A DNA stretch of 64,000 nt from Myxococcota bacterium (GTDB taxonomy: Bacteria; Myxococcota_A; UBA9160; UBA6930): assembly GCA_028285625.1 (NCBI GenBank), contig JANQOX010000012.1:229517-293516 (forward strand). Reading direction: 5' to 3'. This document shows positions 1 to 9,186 of this stretch, piece after piece. Position numbers and translations under genes: made by a program. How positions within the stretch are numbered: position 1 is the stretch's first letter; every line of letters begins with the position of its first letter. The notes below the pieces were generated by a model. It was not told the DNA's origin. It did not search any database and worked only from the letters and a program-made list of their open reading frames with translations.

Positions 1-2013
1 AAGGCACGGCCGATCGCAGGCGACCCCCGCTTCGGCTGGCTCGTGGTGAGATCGATCGGCCCGATGATCTACCAGTCGAGCATCGACTTCGGCGGCGTCG
101 AGTCCATCCGCAACATGAAGGCCCGCGTCGAAGAGGCCCACCAGGGTGCCGACGACGACGTCAAGCTGGGCCGGGGCGGCATTCGGGACGTCGAGTTCGT
201 GGCCCAGGCGCTTCAACTCGTCCACGGCGGGCGCGCGCCGCAGGTGCGGGGCCGGTCGGCCCAGGGTGCCCTCGAAGCACTCGGCGAGATCGGTGCACTG
301 CCCGAGAGCGACGTGGACGAGCTGCTCGGGGCGTACCGGTTCCTGCGACGCGTGGAGAACCGGCTGCAGATGGTGGCCGAGCGACAGACCCACCGGCTGC
401 CCGAGCCGGGGCCCCAGCGCGAACAGCTCGCCTGGAGCCTGGGGTTCGAGGGCGACGACGCGGTCGCGCGCTTCGACGCGAAGCTCACCGAACACCGCAT
501 CCGCGTGCGGACACACTTCGACGCGTTGTTTCCGGACACGCCCACCGACCGCATTCTCGAGCTCTTCTCGCGCAATGCCCGGGGTCTCCTCGGCCACCCC
601 CAGAGCCGCACCATGTTGGAGCAGCTCGCCGAGCGCTTCGCCGGCGCCGTCGAACAGTCGGCCGATCCCGAGCGCGCCCTGGCCAACCTCGACCGCTTCG
701 TCACGGGCCTGGGCGAGCGCGCGTCGTACTACGGCCTGCTTCTCGACCGCCCGGAGCTGGTGCCGCGGCTCACCCACATGTTCGGGGCCTCGCGCTTCCT
801 GTCCGCCGCGTTTGCAGCGCGGCCCGAGCTGATCGCGCCCGTCTTCGAAGACCCCGAGCACCTGCTCTCCACCCGCGACGAGCTGCGCGCGACCCACGCC
901 GAGATCCTGGGCCGGCTCGGCGAGCGCGGATACGACGACGAGGAAGCGGGGCTGGCCGCGCTGCGGCTCTTCCAGGTGCGCGAACTGGTGAACGTGGGGC
1001 TGCTCGACCTCGACGAGCGCATCGATGCGGAGCAGGCCGAGTCGGCACTCACCGAGATCGCCGAGGTCTGCCTGGAGGAGGCCCTGGGCTTGGCGCATCG
1101 CACCGTGCGGCGCCGCGCGTCCGCCGCGCCCGTGCTCGAGCGCGGCGCGTTCCTGGTGGTGGGGCTCGGCAAGCTCGGAAGCCGCGAGCTCAGCTACGGA
1201 AGCGACCTCGACGTGATGTTCCTGTGGGAGGCCGAGGGCGAGGGTGCCGCGCGCGCCGAGGCCCAGGACGCCTACGTCCGCGTGGCCCAGAAGCTCGGTT
1301 GGGCGCTACAGACGCCGACGGCCGAGGGCATCTGTTACGAGGTCGATGCGCGGCTTCGGCCCTCGGGCAACCAGGGCGTCCTGGTCACCTCGTTCGCTGC
1401 CTTCGAGCGCTATCACGAGCAGAGCGCGGCCCTCTGGGAGAGGCAGGCGCTGCTGCGCGCGCGACCCGTCGCGGGGAGCGATGCGCTCGCCCGTGCCTTC
1501 ACCCGGGCGCGCGACGAGATCCTGCGCCGGCCGCTGCCCGAGGATCCGCGCGCCGAGATCCACCGCATCCGGCAACGCATGGAGGTCGAGCTGGCCCAGG
1601 AGGCCGAGAGCCGACGCGACCTCAAGACCGGCCGCGGCGGACTGCTCGACGTGGAGACGGTGGTGCAGTGCCTGCAGCTCGAACACGGCGCATCGCACCC
1701 TTCCCTGCTCGAGCCGCGTCGAATCGAGGCGCTGCTCGACGACCTGGAGCGCAGCGAACTCCTGGGCGCGGCCGATGCCGCCACGCTTCGCGAGGGCTGG
1801 GCGTTCCTGAAGCGCCTTTCGAGCCGGCTGCGCATCGTCGAGAACCGCTCGATCAACGACCTGGTTCTCGATCGCGCCGACCTGGACAGCGTGGCGCGAG
1901 CCATGGGCTACGCCGCGTCGGCGCGTAGCGGCACCGCGCGGCTGCCCCTGCTCGAGGCGTATCGCCGCCACACCGAGGCGATCCGCCAGGTGTACGACCG
2001 CATGCTGGCCTGA
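1..2013 (+). CDS. glnE: Glutamine synthetase adenylyltransferase/adenylyl-removing enzyme, C-terminal part. It is partial because the frame is open to the left window edge.
   Basis: Frame 1 has no stop from nt 1. The translation contains GlnE-typical strings (GRGGIRDVEFVAQALQLVHGG, a second GRGGLLDVETVVQCLQLEHG repeat, and LSYGSDLDVMFL). Confidence 0.85.
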   Translation, partial: KARPIAGDPRFGWLVVRSIGPMIYQSSIDFGGVESIRNMKARVEEAHQGADDDVKLGRGGIRDVEFVAQALQLVHGGRAPQVRGRSAQGALEALGEIGALPESDVDELLGAYRFLRRVENRLQMVAERQTHRLPEPGPQREQLAWSLGFEGDDAVARFDAKLTEHRIRVRTHFDALFPDTPTDRILELFSRNARGLLGHPQSRTMLEQLAERFAGAVEQSADPERALANLDRFVTGLGERASYYGLLLDRPELVPRLTHMFGASRFLSAAFAARPELIAPVFEDPEHLLSTRDELRATHAEILGRLGERGYDDEEAGLAALRLFQVRELVNVGLLDLDERIDAEQAESALTEIAEVCLEEALGLAHRTVRRRASAAPVLERGAFLVVGLGKLGSRELSYGSDLDVMFLWEAEGEGAARAEAQDAYVRVAQKLGWALQTPTAEGICYEVDARLRPSGNQGVLVTSFAAFERYHEQSAALWERQALLRARPVAGSDALARAFTRARDEILRRPLPEDPRAEIHRIRQRMEVELAQEAESRRDLKTGRGGLLDVETVVQCLQLEHGASHPSLLEPRRIEALLDDLERSELLGAADAATLREGWAFLKRLSSRLRIVENRSINDLVLDRADLDSVARAMGYAASARSGTARLPLLEAYRRHTEAIRQVYDRMLA

Positions 2014-2038
2014 AGCGGTCCGAACCGCAGCGCCCGGC

Positions 2039-3586
2039 TCAGGACGGCTGCGTTCGGTGCCAGTCCTCGAACAGCGCGTGGGCCGATGCGTCGGCGCCGC
2101 TCGTGGCGCGCGGGCTTCGGTCGAACACGAGGGTACTGCGATCGCGCTCGTTCCACGCGGGCCAGTCGGGGAGATCGTCGTGACCCGGTCGCCCCGTGCG
2201 CGCGAAGCGCACCCAGGCCGTCTGCATGCGCTCGCCCAGCTGCCGTAGCGCGGCGCCGCCTCCGTAGAGCGCGCGGGCCGCGGGCTGCCGCCAGGTGCCG
2301 AAGACCAGCGGAATCTCCAGGGCGTGGCAGGCGCCTACGGGCCGGCGCAGCAGGGGCGGCGCCCAGTCGAAGCGGTAGGCGTAGGTGTCGGCCTGGTTGC
2401 GGCTCTGCCGCGCCAGCAGGCGCGCCGCCGGCCAGTGGAAGACGCGGTCGCCCTGGAACTCGGCCCAGCGCTCGCGCGGCTTGGCGCGGCGCCCGGCCCG
2501 ACGGCCCTGGTACACCTCGAACGCGCGCTCGGCGAAGGGCTGGCCGTCGTCGTCGTGGCCCGGGAGCGAGCGTCCCATGCGACGGCCGAGCGCGGCTTCG
2601 TCCATGCTGCGGGATCGCCGGTCGCCGAGCAGAAAGAGCTTCCACTCCTCGCGGTTCGCGCCGACGATCACCGGCACGTCCTTCGAGCAGCCGGCGGCGA
2701 TGGCCTCTTCGGCCGGCTGCGGCAACAGGTCGCCATCCACCGCGGGCTGCCAGGGCATCACGCCGTGGGCGAACCCCAGCCGGATCGTGGCGCGGGTCTG
2801 GGCCTCGAGCAGCTGGGACGTCCGGAACTCGCGCAGCCGATGGGCCGTCGCGGAGGTGAGGTCGAGTTCGCTGAGAAACGCCGATGCAGCCCGGGCCGCC
2901 TGGGCGCGGCTCGAGACGTTGAAGGCCGCACCGCTCTGGAGAATCGCCTTGTGGAAGAGGCCGCGGGCGCTGGGCGTGCCCAGCAGCGTACCCACGCTCA
3001 TGGCCCCAGCGGACTCGCCGAAGATCGTGACGTCGTCGGGGTTGCCTCCGAAGCCCGCGATGTTGTCGCGAACCCAGCGCAGCGCCGCAATCTGGTCGCG
3101 GATCCCCAGGTTCGTGTCGATGGGGCCGTCGGCGCCGGTGAGGTCGGCCATCTGGAGAAAGCCCAGCACCCCCAGCCGGTAGTTCAGCGTCACGACCACG
3201 ACGTCGCCGGCCCGCGCCAGCCGCCGCCCCGAGTAGAACGAGGTGGATCCCGATCCCATCACGAAGGCGCCGCCGTGGATCCAGACCATCACCGGCCGCC
3301 GGGCGCCGTCGGGAGCCGGGGTCCAGACGTTGAGCGAGAGACAATCCTCCGAGCGGCGACCCGTCGGCATCAGGCGCGCAAGGGGGCCGGTCGGACCCAT
3401 CTGCGGCGCCGAAGGGCCAGGCAACAGGGCCTCGCGCACGCCGCCCCACGGCGTGGCGGGCTCGGGTGCGCGAAAGCGCAGGTCACCCCGCGGCGCCTGG
3501 GCGTAGGGGATGCCGCTGTAGCGGCGGATCCCGCGTCGCTCGGACCCGGCCACCTTGCCAGTCGTGGTCTCTACGATCTCGGCCAT
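2039..3586 (-). CDS. Type-B carboxylesterase / para-nitrobenzyl esterase family
   Basis: 515-aa ORF with the serine-hydrolase nucleophile elbow FGESAGA, HGGAF and N-terminal RGIPYA-like motifs typical of the COesterase family. Confidence 0.85.
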   Translation of the reverse strand: MAEIVETTTGKVAGSERRGIRRYSGIPYAQAPRGDLRFRAPEPATPWGGVREALLPGPSAPQMGPTGPLARLMPTGRRSEDCLSLNVWTPAPDGARRPVMVWIHGGAFVMGSGSTSFYSGRRLARAGDVVVVTLNYRLGVLGFLQMADLTGADGPIDTNLGIRDQIAALRWVRDNIAGFGGNPDDVTIFGESAGAMSVGTLLGTPSARGLFHKAILQSGAAFNVSSRAQAARAASAFLSELDLTSATAHRLREFRTSQLLEAQTRATIRLGFAHGVMPWQPAVDGDLLPQPAEEAIAAGCSKDVPVIVGANREEWKLFLLGDRRSRSMDEAALGRRMGRSLPGHDDDGQPFAERAFEVYQGRRAGRRAKPRERWAEFQGDRVFHWPAARLLARQSRNQADTYAYRFDWAPPLLRRPVGACHALEIPLVFGTWRQPAARALYGGGAALRQLGERMQTAWVRFARTGRPGHDDLPDWPAWNERDRSTLVFDRSPRATSGADASAHALFEDWHRTQPS

Positions 3587-3646
3587 CGGATTCGCTATCC
3601 CTTGAAGCTTCCCAGACTAGCAACCACCCACGAGACACCCCCCACG

Positions 3647-4735
3647 ATGGTCGAGCGCATCTTCAACTTCGCCCCGGGCCCTGCCGTGCTGCCCCTGCCC
3701 GTGCTCGAAGAGGCGCGCGACGCGCTGCTGTCGCTCGGCGATTCGGGCATCGGCGTGATGGAGCACAGCCACCGCGGCGGCCCCTTCGACGAGGTGATCG
3801 CCAGCGCCGAAGCCGACTGCCGCGAACTCGCCGGGGTGGGCGACGACCATGCCGTGCTCTTCCTGCAGGGGGGCGCGTCGAGCCAGTTCTACATGCTGCC
3901 TGCCAACCTGCTGCCCGAGGGGGGCACTGCCGACTACGTCCTGACCGGAAGCTGGTCCAAGAAGGCCGCCAAGGAGGCCCGCCTCTACGGCGACGTGCAC
4001 GTGGCCGCGAGCAGCGAGGACCGCGACTTCGCCTATGTGCCCGACGTGGCGGCGCTGCAGTTCTCGGACCGGCCGGCCTACCTGCACTTCACCTCGAACA
4101 ACACGATCGTCGGCACGCAGTGGAAGCAGGAACCGACGCCTCCCGACGGCGCGTTCCTCGCCTGTGACGCCTGCAGCGATGCGCTTTCGCGGCCGCTCGA
4201 CATCTCGCGCTACGGCATCTACTACGCCGGCGCCCAGAAGAACCTGGGGCCCTCGGGCGTGACGCTGGTCATCCTTCGTCGCGATCTCCTCGAGCGGACC
4301 GAGCGCGAGCTGCCCACCATGCTGCGCTACGCGACCCACGCCGAGCAGGGCTCGCGCTACAACACGCCGCCCACCTTCGGCATCTACGTGATGGGGCGCA
4401 TCTTCCGTTGGCTCCTCGACCAGGGCGGCCTCGCCGAGGCAGAGCGCCGCAACCAGGAGAAGGCCGCCACCGTCTACGACGCCATCGACGAGGCCGCGTT
4501 CTACCAGCCCGCGGCGGACGCCGACTCGCGCTCGCTCATGAACGTCACGTTCCGGACGCCCTCGCCCGATCTCGACGCGCGCTTCGTCGCCGAGGCCGAG
4601 GCCGCCGGCCTCTCGGGTCTCAAGGGCCACCGCTCGGTGGGCGGCATGCGGGCGAGCATCTACAACGCCTTTCCGGCCGAGGGCTGCCGGGTGCTCGCGC
4701 AGTTCATGAAGGACTTCGCCGCGAGCCACGGCTAG
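3647..4735 (+). CDS. serC: Phosphoserine aminotransferase
   Basis: Internal ATG at 3647, in frame with the 2324..4735 ORF. The N-terminus MVERIFNFAPGPAVLP... and the C-terminal GGMRASIYNA motif are SerC hallmarks. Confidence 0.9.
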   Translation: MVERIFNFAPGPAVLPLPVLEEARDALLSLGDSGIGVMEHSHRGGPFDEVIASAEADCRELAGVGDDHAVLFLQGGASSQFYMLPANLLPEGGTADYVLTGSWSKKAAKEARLYGDVHVAASSEDRDFAYVPDVAALQFSDRPAYLHFTSNNTIVGTQWKQEPTPPDGAFLACDACSDALSRPLDISRYGIYYAGAQKNLGPSGVTLVILRRDLLERTERELPTMLRYATHAEQGSRYNTPPTFGIYVMGRIFRWLLDQGGLAEAERRNQEKAATVYDAIDEAAFYQPAADADSRSLMNVTFRTPSPDLDARFVAEAEAAGLSGLKGHRSVGGMRASIYNAFPAEGCRVLAQFMKDFAASHG

Positions 4736-4779
4736 GCCGCGGACATGTCCGCGACACCCGGCGGCGAGGGCGGAGGGCC

Positions 4780-7353
4780 ATGTCCGAAGCACCTCGCCTG
4801 ATCGATCGCGTGCCGCTCGGTGCGGCGATCCACGACCCGGGCGCAATTCTCGATCGCTTCCTCGGCTGGGTGGCCGACACCGGGCTCTCGCCCTATGCCG
4901 CCCAGGAAGAGGCGCTGCTCGAGGTCATGGCCGACCGGCACGTGGTGCTCTCGACACCCACGGGCTCGGGCAAGTCGCTCGTGGCGCTCGGCATGCACTT
5001 CAAGGCGCTCTGCGAGGGCCGCCGCTCGTTCTACACGGCGCCCATCAAGGCCCTGGTGTCGGAGAAGTTCTTTGCGCTCTGTGACACGCTGGGCGCCGAA
5101 AACGTGGGCATGCTCACCGGCGACGCCAGCATCAACTGGGCCGCCCCGGTGATCTGCTGCACCGCCGAGGTGCTCTCGAACATGGCGCTGCGCCGCGGCG
5201 AAGGGGTCGATGCCCCTTACGTGGTGATGGACGAGTTCCACTACTACTCCGACCGCGACCGGGGGAGCGCCTGGCAGATCCCGTTGATCACGCTGCCCCA
5301 TACGCGCTTCCTGCTGATGTCGGCCACGCTGGGCAACACGGCATCGATCGAGGAGCGGCTTGCGAAGTTCAGCGATCGGCCCGTCCGTCACGTGCACTCC
5401 GACGACCGGCCCGTGCCGCTCGACTTCTCCTACCGCGACAGCACCATCCGCGAGACCGTCGAGGCGCTTCTCGACCGCGGACACGCGCCGATCTACATCG
5501 TGAACTTCACCCAGCGCGAATGCGCCGAGATCGCTTCGGCCCTCACGTCCGCGCGCATCGCCCACCGGGACGAACGCAAGCGGGTGGTGGAGGCGATCGG
5601 CGACTTCCGGTTCGACTCGCCCTACGGCAAGGAGGTGAAGCGACTGGTCACCAACGCCGTGGGCATCCACCACGCGGGGCTTCTTCCCAAGTACCGCCTG
5701 CTGATGGAGCAGCTCTCGCAGCGGGGCCTGCTCAAGGTGATCTGCGGCACCGACACCCTCGGCGTGGGCGTGAACGTCCCGATCCGCACGGTGCTGTTCT
5801 CGAAGCTCGCCAAGTACGACGGCGAGAAGGTCCGCATCCTCTCGGTGCGCGACTTCAAGCAGATCGCCGGGCGCGCCGGCCGCAAGGGCTTCGACGAACA
5901 CGGAAGCGTCGTCTGCCAGGCGCCCGAACACGTGATCCAGAACCGCCGCGCCCAGGAGAAGGCCAGCCGCAACGCGAAGGCCCGGGGAGGCAAGGGAGCG
6001 CGTGGCAAGGCGGGCAAGCGCGGCAAGGGGCCGGCGATGCGGGGCCCGCGCCGGGGCGAGGTGACGTGGAACGAGCGCATCTTCCGCGAGCTGGTGGACA
6101 AGCCGCCCGAAACGCTGGTCTCTCGCATGCGCATCACCCACGGCATGCTGGTGCTCGCGCTGCAGCGCGAGCGCGAGGTGGCCGGCGCGCGCGGCGGCTA
6201 CGGCAGCTTGATCGCGATCCTCGACCGCTGCCACGAGAGTCCGGCGCGCCGGCGGCGCCTGCGCCGCGAGGCGGCCGCCCTGTTCCGCTCGCTTCGCCGT
6301 GCGGGCATCCTCCGCGTTCGCGACCACGGCGTCGAGGTCGAGGCCGACCTCCAGCGGGACTTCTCGCTCCACCACACGCTCTCGCTCTGGATGGTCGAGG
6401 CCGTGGCGGCGCTGGACCCGGCAAGCTCGGACTACCCGCTCGACGTGCTGTCGCTGGTCGAGGCGGTGCTCGAGAACCCACGCCAGATCCTCTACGCGCA
6501 GGAGCGCAAGCTGCGCGATGCGCTGTTCGCCAAGCTGAAGGCCGAGGGCGTGCCCTTCGAAGAACGCGTCGCCAAGGTCGAGGCCGTGGGCTGGCCGAAG
6601 CCACTCGCCGAGTTCGTGCACGAGACCTTCAGCGTGTTCGTGGAGCACCACCCGTGGGCCAGCGAGAACAACGTCCACCCGAAGTCCGTGGCGCGCGAAA
6701 TGGTCGAGGGCTTCCAGAGCTTCGAGGGCTACGTGCGCGCCTACGGCCTGCAGCGCGTGGAGGGGTTGCTGCTGCGCTACCTCGGCCAGGTCCACGCGAC
6801 GCTCGCGCGGACCGTGCCCGACGCCGCCAAGACCGACGACCTGCACGACATTCTCGCCTACCTGCGTGCGACCGTGGCGCGCGTGGACGCGAGCCTGCTC
6901 GAAGAGTGGGAGAACCAGCTCCGCCCGGGCCAGACGCAAGCCGAGGCCGAGCCCGCGGCGGTACCGCGCCTCGACCTCGCTCTCACGCCCAAGGCATTTC
7001 GCGCGCGCGTGCGCGCCGAGATGCGCAGCCTGGTGCGCGCCCTGGCCGACGGCGACCTCGCCGAGGCGCTGGTGTGGTTGCGCGCGAGCGGCACGCCGGA
7101 GGGCTGGGACGAGTCGCGCCTGGACGAGGCCCTGGCCCCGCTGCGTGCCGAACACGGCACGGTCGTGTTCGATCCGCGGCGCTTCCAAGCCGACCGCACC
7201 GTCATCACCCCGACCGAGCCGCGCGTCTGGCGTGTGCAGCAGGTGCTCCCGGACCCCTCGGGCCTCGACAACTGGTGCCTCGTGGGCGAGATCGACCTGC
7301 GCCAGGGCGAGCCCGAAGGACCGCTGGTCAGGCCCCTCGAAGTCCACGGCTAG
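4780..7353 (+). CDS. DEAD/DEAH-box (Ski2-like) helicase with a long C-terminal extension (DUF3516-like)
   Basis: ATG at 4780, in frame with the 4408 ORF. It has a Walker A (TPTGSGKS), a DEFH box (VVMDEFHYY), SAT (MSATLGN) and motif VI (QIAGRAGRKG). A Lys/Gly/Arg-rich linker is followed by a ~400-aa C-terminal domain. Confidence 0.8.
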   Translation: MSEAPRLIDRVPLGAAIHDPGAILDRFLGWVADTGLSPYAAQEEALLEVMADRHVVLSTPTGSGKSLVALGMHFKALCEGRRSFYTAPIKALVSEKFFALCDTLGAENVGMLTGDASINWAAPVICCTAEVLSNMALRRGEGVDAPYVVMDEFHYYSDRDRGSAWQIPLITLPHTRFLLMSATLGNTASIEERLAKFSDRPVRHVHSDDRPVPLDFSYRDSTIRETVEALLDRGHAPIYIVNFTQRECAEIASALTSARIAHRDERKRVVEAIGDFRFDSPYGKEVKRLVTNAVGIHHAGLLPKYRLLMEQLSQRGLLKVICGTDTLGVGVNVPIRTVLFSKLAKYDGEKVRILSVRDFKQIAGRAGRKGFDEHGSVVCQAPEHVIQNRRAQEKASRNAKARGGKGARGKAGKRGKGPAMRGPRRGEVTWNERIFRELVDKPPETLVSRMRITHGMLVLALQREREVAGARGGYGSLIAILDRCHESPARRRRLRREAAALFRSLRRAGILRVRDHGVEVEADLQRDFSLHHTLSLWMVEAVAALDPASSDYPLDVLSLVEAVLENPRQILYAQERKLRDALFAKLKAEGVPFEERVAKVEAVGWPKPLAEFVHETFSVFVEHHPWASENNVHPKSVAREMVEGFQSFEGYVRAYGLQRVEGLLLRYLGQVHATLARTVPDAAKTDDLHDILAYLRATVARVDASLLEEWENQLRPGQTQAEAEPAAVPRLDLALTPKAFRARVRAEMRSLVRALADGDLAEALVWLRASGTPEGWDESRLDEALAPLRAEHGTVVFDPRRFQADRTVITPTEPRVWRVQQVLPDPSGLDNWCLVGEIDLRQGEPEGPLVRPLEVHG

Positions 7354-7383
7354 GCCCGAGAGCGCCTCCCACAGCTCCCCCGA

Positions 7384-8160
7384 GTGGGGTACCGGACCCG
7401 GCTAAGGCCCGACCCTACGGATCGCCGATGGAAGGGCGTGTCTCCGACGAGGAAACAGCCCGTCCTGCTGCTCGGCTTCGGCGACGCGGCCGAGCCGCTG
7501 TCCGGCCGGCTGGTGCTGCTCGGCTTCCGACCGCTTCGTGCGGACACGCCGGACGAGGCCATCGGCCTGCTGGAGAACTGCCCGGTCCCGGTGCGGGCGG
7601 CGCTGCTTCCCGATCACCACGGGTTCCAGCGACCGGGAAGCGTCATCGACGCCCTGCGAAAGACCTCTACGGCACTCGAAGTGGTGGTGATGGGCGAGGC
7701 CCCAGCCGAGCCCGCGCGCGTGCGGCTTCGCGAGGCGGGCATCAGGCTCTGTCTCTGGGAGCCCTCCGACGACAGCGCGTTGCGTTTCGTGCTGAACCAG
7801 GCCCTCTACGATCCGACGCGTGGCCAGGAGCGCGGCGAGCTGCGCGTGCCCACCGGACTGATCGCACGCATCACCACCGGCACCGGCAAGCGCGTCGCAG
7901 TGGTCTACAACCTGTCGGCGGGCGGGGCCTACCTGGAGACCCATCGCCCGTTGATGCCGGGCGGCCGACTCACCGTGGAGCTTCCCCTCGAAGGAGGCGA
8001 TCTCTCGGTGAAGGGCCGCGTCGTCTCGGCCAACGTGGTGGGCAACCTGCAGCGCCCGAACCTGCCCCTGGGCATGGGCGTCTCCTGGGAGGCGGACGAG
8101 GCCACCCGCAGCCAACTGGACGACTACGTCGAGCGGCGCGCGGCCGAGTTCCGCGTCTGA
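7384..8160 (+). CDS. Degenerate receiver-like domain fused to a C-terminal PilZ (c-di-GMP binding) domain
   Basis: The C-terminus carries RxxxR (RGELR) followed by NLSAGG (the D/NxSxxG PilZ signature). The N-terminal ~120 aa has a REC-like alternating pattern, but the conserved Lys position reads LWEP. The GTG start is uncertain. Confidence 0.65.
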   Translation: MGYRTRLRPDPTDRRWKGVSPTRKQPVLLLGFGDAAEPLSGRLVLLGFRPLRADTPDEAIGLLENCPVPVRAALLPDHHGFQRPGSVIDALRKTSTALEVVVMGEAPAEPARVRLREAGIRLCLWEPSDDSALRFVLNQALYDPTRGQERGELRVPTGLIARITTGTGKRVAVVYNLSAGGAYLETHRPLMPGGRLTVELPLEGGDLSVKGRVVSANVVGNLQRPNLPLGMGVSWEADEATRSQLDDYVERRAAEFRV

Positions 8161-8504
8161 CGCTTTCGCGAGTTCCGCGTCTGACGCGTTCTTGGCTTCC
8201 ACTGGTGGACCGCCAGCGACACGCGCCCGGTCGGTCCGAAGGCGACCCCCTCCCGTTCCAGCAACGCTCGCTGCAGGCTCTCCGCCCCGGGCGCGGAGCG
8301 GTCCGAAACCTCGCCCCTTGCATTGAGGACGCGTTGCCAGGGCACGCGGGTCCCGTCGGGCAGCGCGTGCAGCGCCCAACCCACCTGCCGCGCCTGCCCG
8401 GGCAGGTCGGCCAGGGCCGCGACCTGGCCGTAGGTCGCGACACGACCGCGCGGGATACGCCGCACGACCCGGTAGACGCGCTCCCACCGGCCGGCGTCGC
8501 TCAG
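8124..8504 (-). CDS. Alkyltransferase-like (ATL) / MGMT-family DNA-binding protein lacking the acceptor cysteine
   Basis: RVATYGQVAAL...VPWQRVLNARG matches the MGMT DNA-binding domain with Trp in place of the PCHRV cysteine. There is no in-frame ATG/GTG upstream of the conserved N-terminus. The best candidate start is CTG at 8504, overlapping the GST stop (CTGA), so the start is uncertain. Confidence 0.6.
   Translation of the reverse strand: MSDAGRWERVYRVVRRIPRGRVATYGQVAALADLPGQARQVGWALHALPDGTRVPWQRVLNARGEVSDRSAPGAESLQRALLEREGVAFGPTGRVSLAVHQWKPRTRQTRNSRKRQTRNSAARRST
8145..8192. repeat. 24-bp tandem duplication (2 copies) containing the stop codon of the PilZ gene
   Basis: cgagttccgcgtctgacgcttt (8145-8166) and cgagttccgcgtctgacgcgtt (8169-8190) have period 24. 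Both copies encode EFRV-stop in the same frame. Confidence 0.9.
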
Positions 8505-9094
8505 CGCGTGGGGCTCCCGATCTCCTGGTCGACGCGATCGAGCAATTCGACCAGCGCAGGCCGGCTTCGCACCTGGTCGGCACCGGCCTCTTCGGGAACG
8601 GCTCGCAGGAACGCGTGCACCGCCAGGTCGGCTCGGCTCACGCGGTCGCCGTAGAAGAACGGCCGGCCACCGAGAAAGTTCACCAGATCGTCGAGGCGCT
8701 CGGAGTACTCGACACCCAGGTTGCGACCGCGGCGGCGCGTTCGCGGGCTTCCGCCATCGACGAGCTCGCGGAGGTAGTTCGTCCAATAGAACATGAACGA
8801 GGCCTCGACCCAGGCCTCGAGCCGACGCTGGGAGTTCGCGACCTTGGGATCGTCCGACACCAGGGGCGGTTCGGGAAAGCGCTCGTCGAGGTAGTCGAGA
8901 ATCGCCGCCGAGTCGGGAATGCGCGTCCCATCCACTTCGAGAACGGGGAGCAGCCCGGTGGGGCTCCAGCGCTTGTAGTCCTCGGGCCCCTCGGGCTCGC
9001 GATGCTCGTACTCGAGCTTCTTGACCGCGAGCGCACCTCTCGCCTTCATCGTGAACGGCGCGGTTTCAGGCCCGTAGAGGGTGAGGGTCGGCAT
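8501..9094 (-). CDS. Glutathione S-transferase family protein
   Basis: 197-aa ORF with a GST N-terminal thioredoxin-like pattern (LYGPETAPFTMKARGAL...LLPVLEVDGTRIPDSAAILDYLDERFP). Confidence 0.8.
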   Translation of the reverse strand: MPTLTLYGPETAPFTMKARGALAVKKLEYEHREPEGPEDYKRWSPTGLLPVLEVDGTRIPDSAAILDYLDERFPEPPLVSDDPKVANSQRRLEAWVEASFMFYWTNYLRELVDGGSPRTRRRGRNLGVEYSERLDDLVNFLGGRPFFYGDRVSRADLAVHAFLRAVPEEAGADQVRSRPALVELLDRVDQEIGSPTR

Positions 9095-9186
9095 CCAGGA
9101 TTCCGGGCGCGGAGTGGGCGGAATCTAGCGACTCGGGGCCGCAGGCGCCGCGCGCTCCCAGGCGCGCCGCGCCAGATGGTCCGGGA

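Noticed and set aside
5520-8654. Very long alternate-frame and antisense ORFs in the track. Examples: 5520..8654 (1044 aa), 4732..7347 (871 aa), 1908..3449, 9125..10852, 22893..25379, 38299..39777, 48874..50853, 61668..63770.
   Set aside because: Their translations are dominated by Arg/Pro/Gly/Ala runs with no recognisable motifs. They overlap genes with unmistakable homologous signatures in another frame. Stop-codon scarcity in very GC-rich DNA produces such ORFs by chance.
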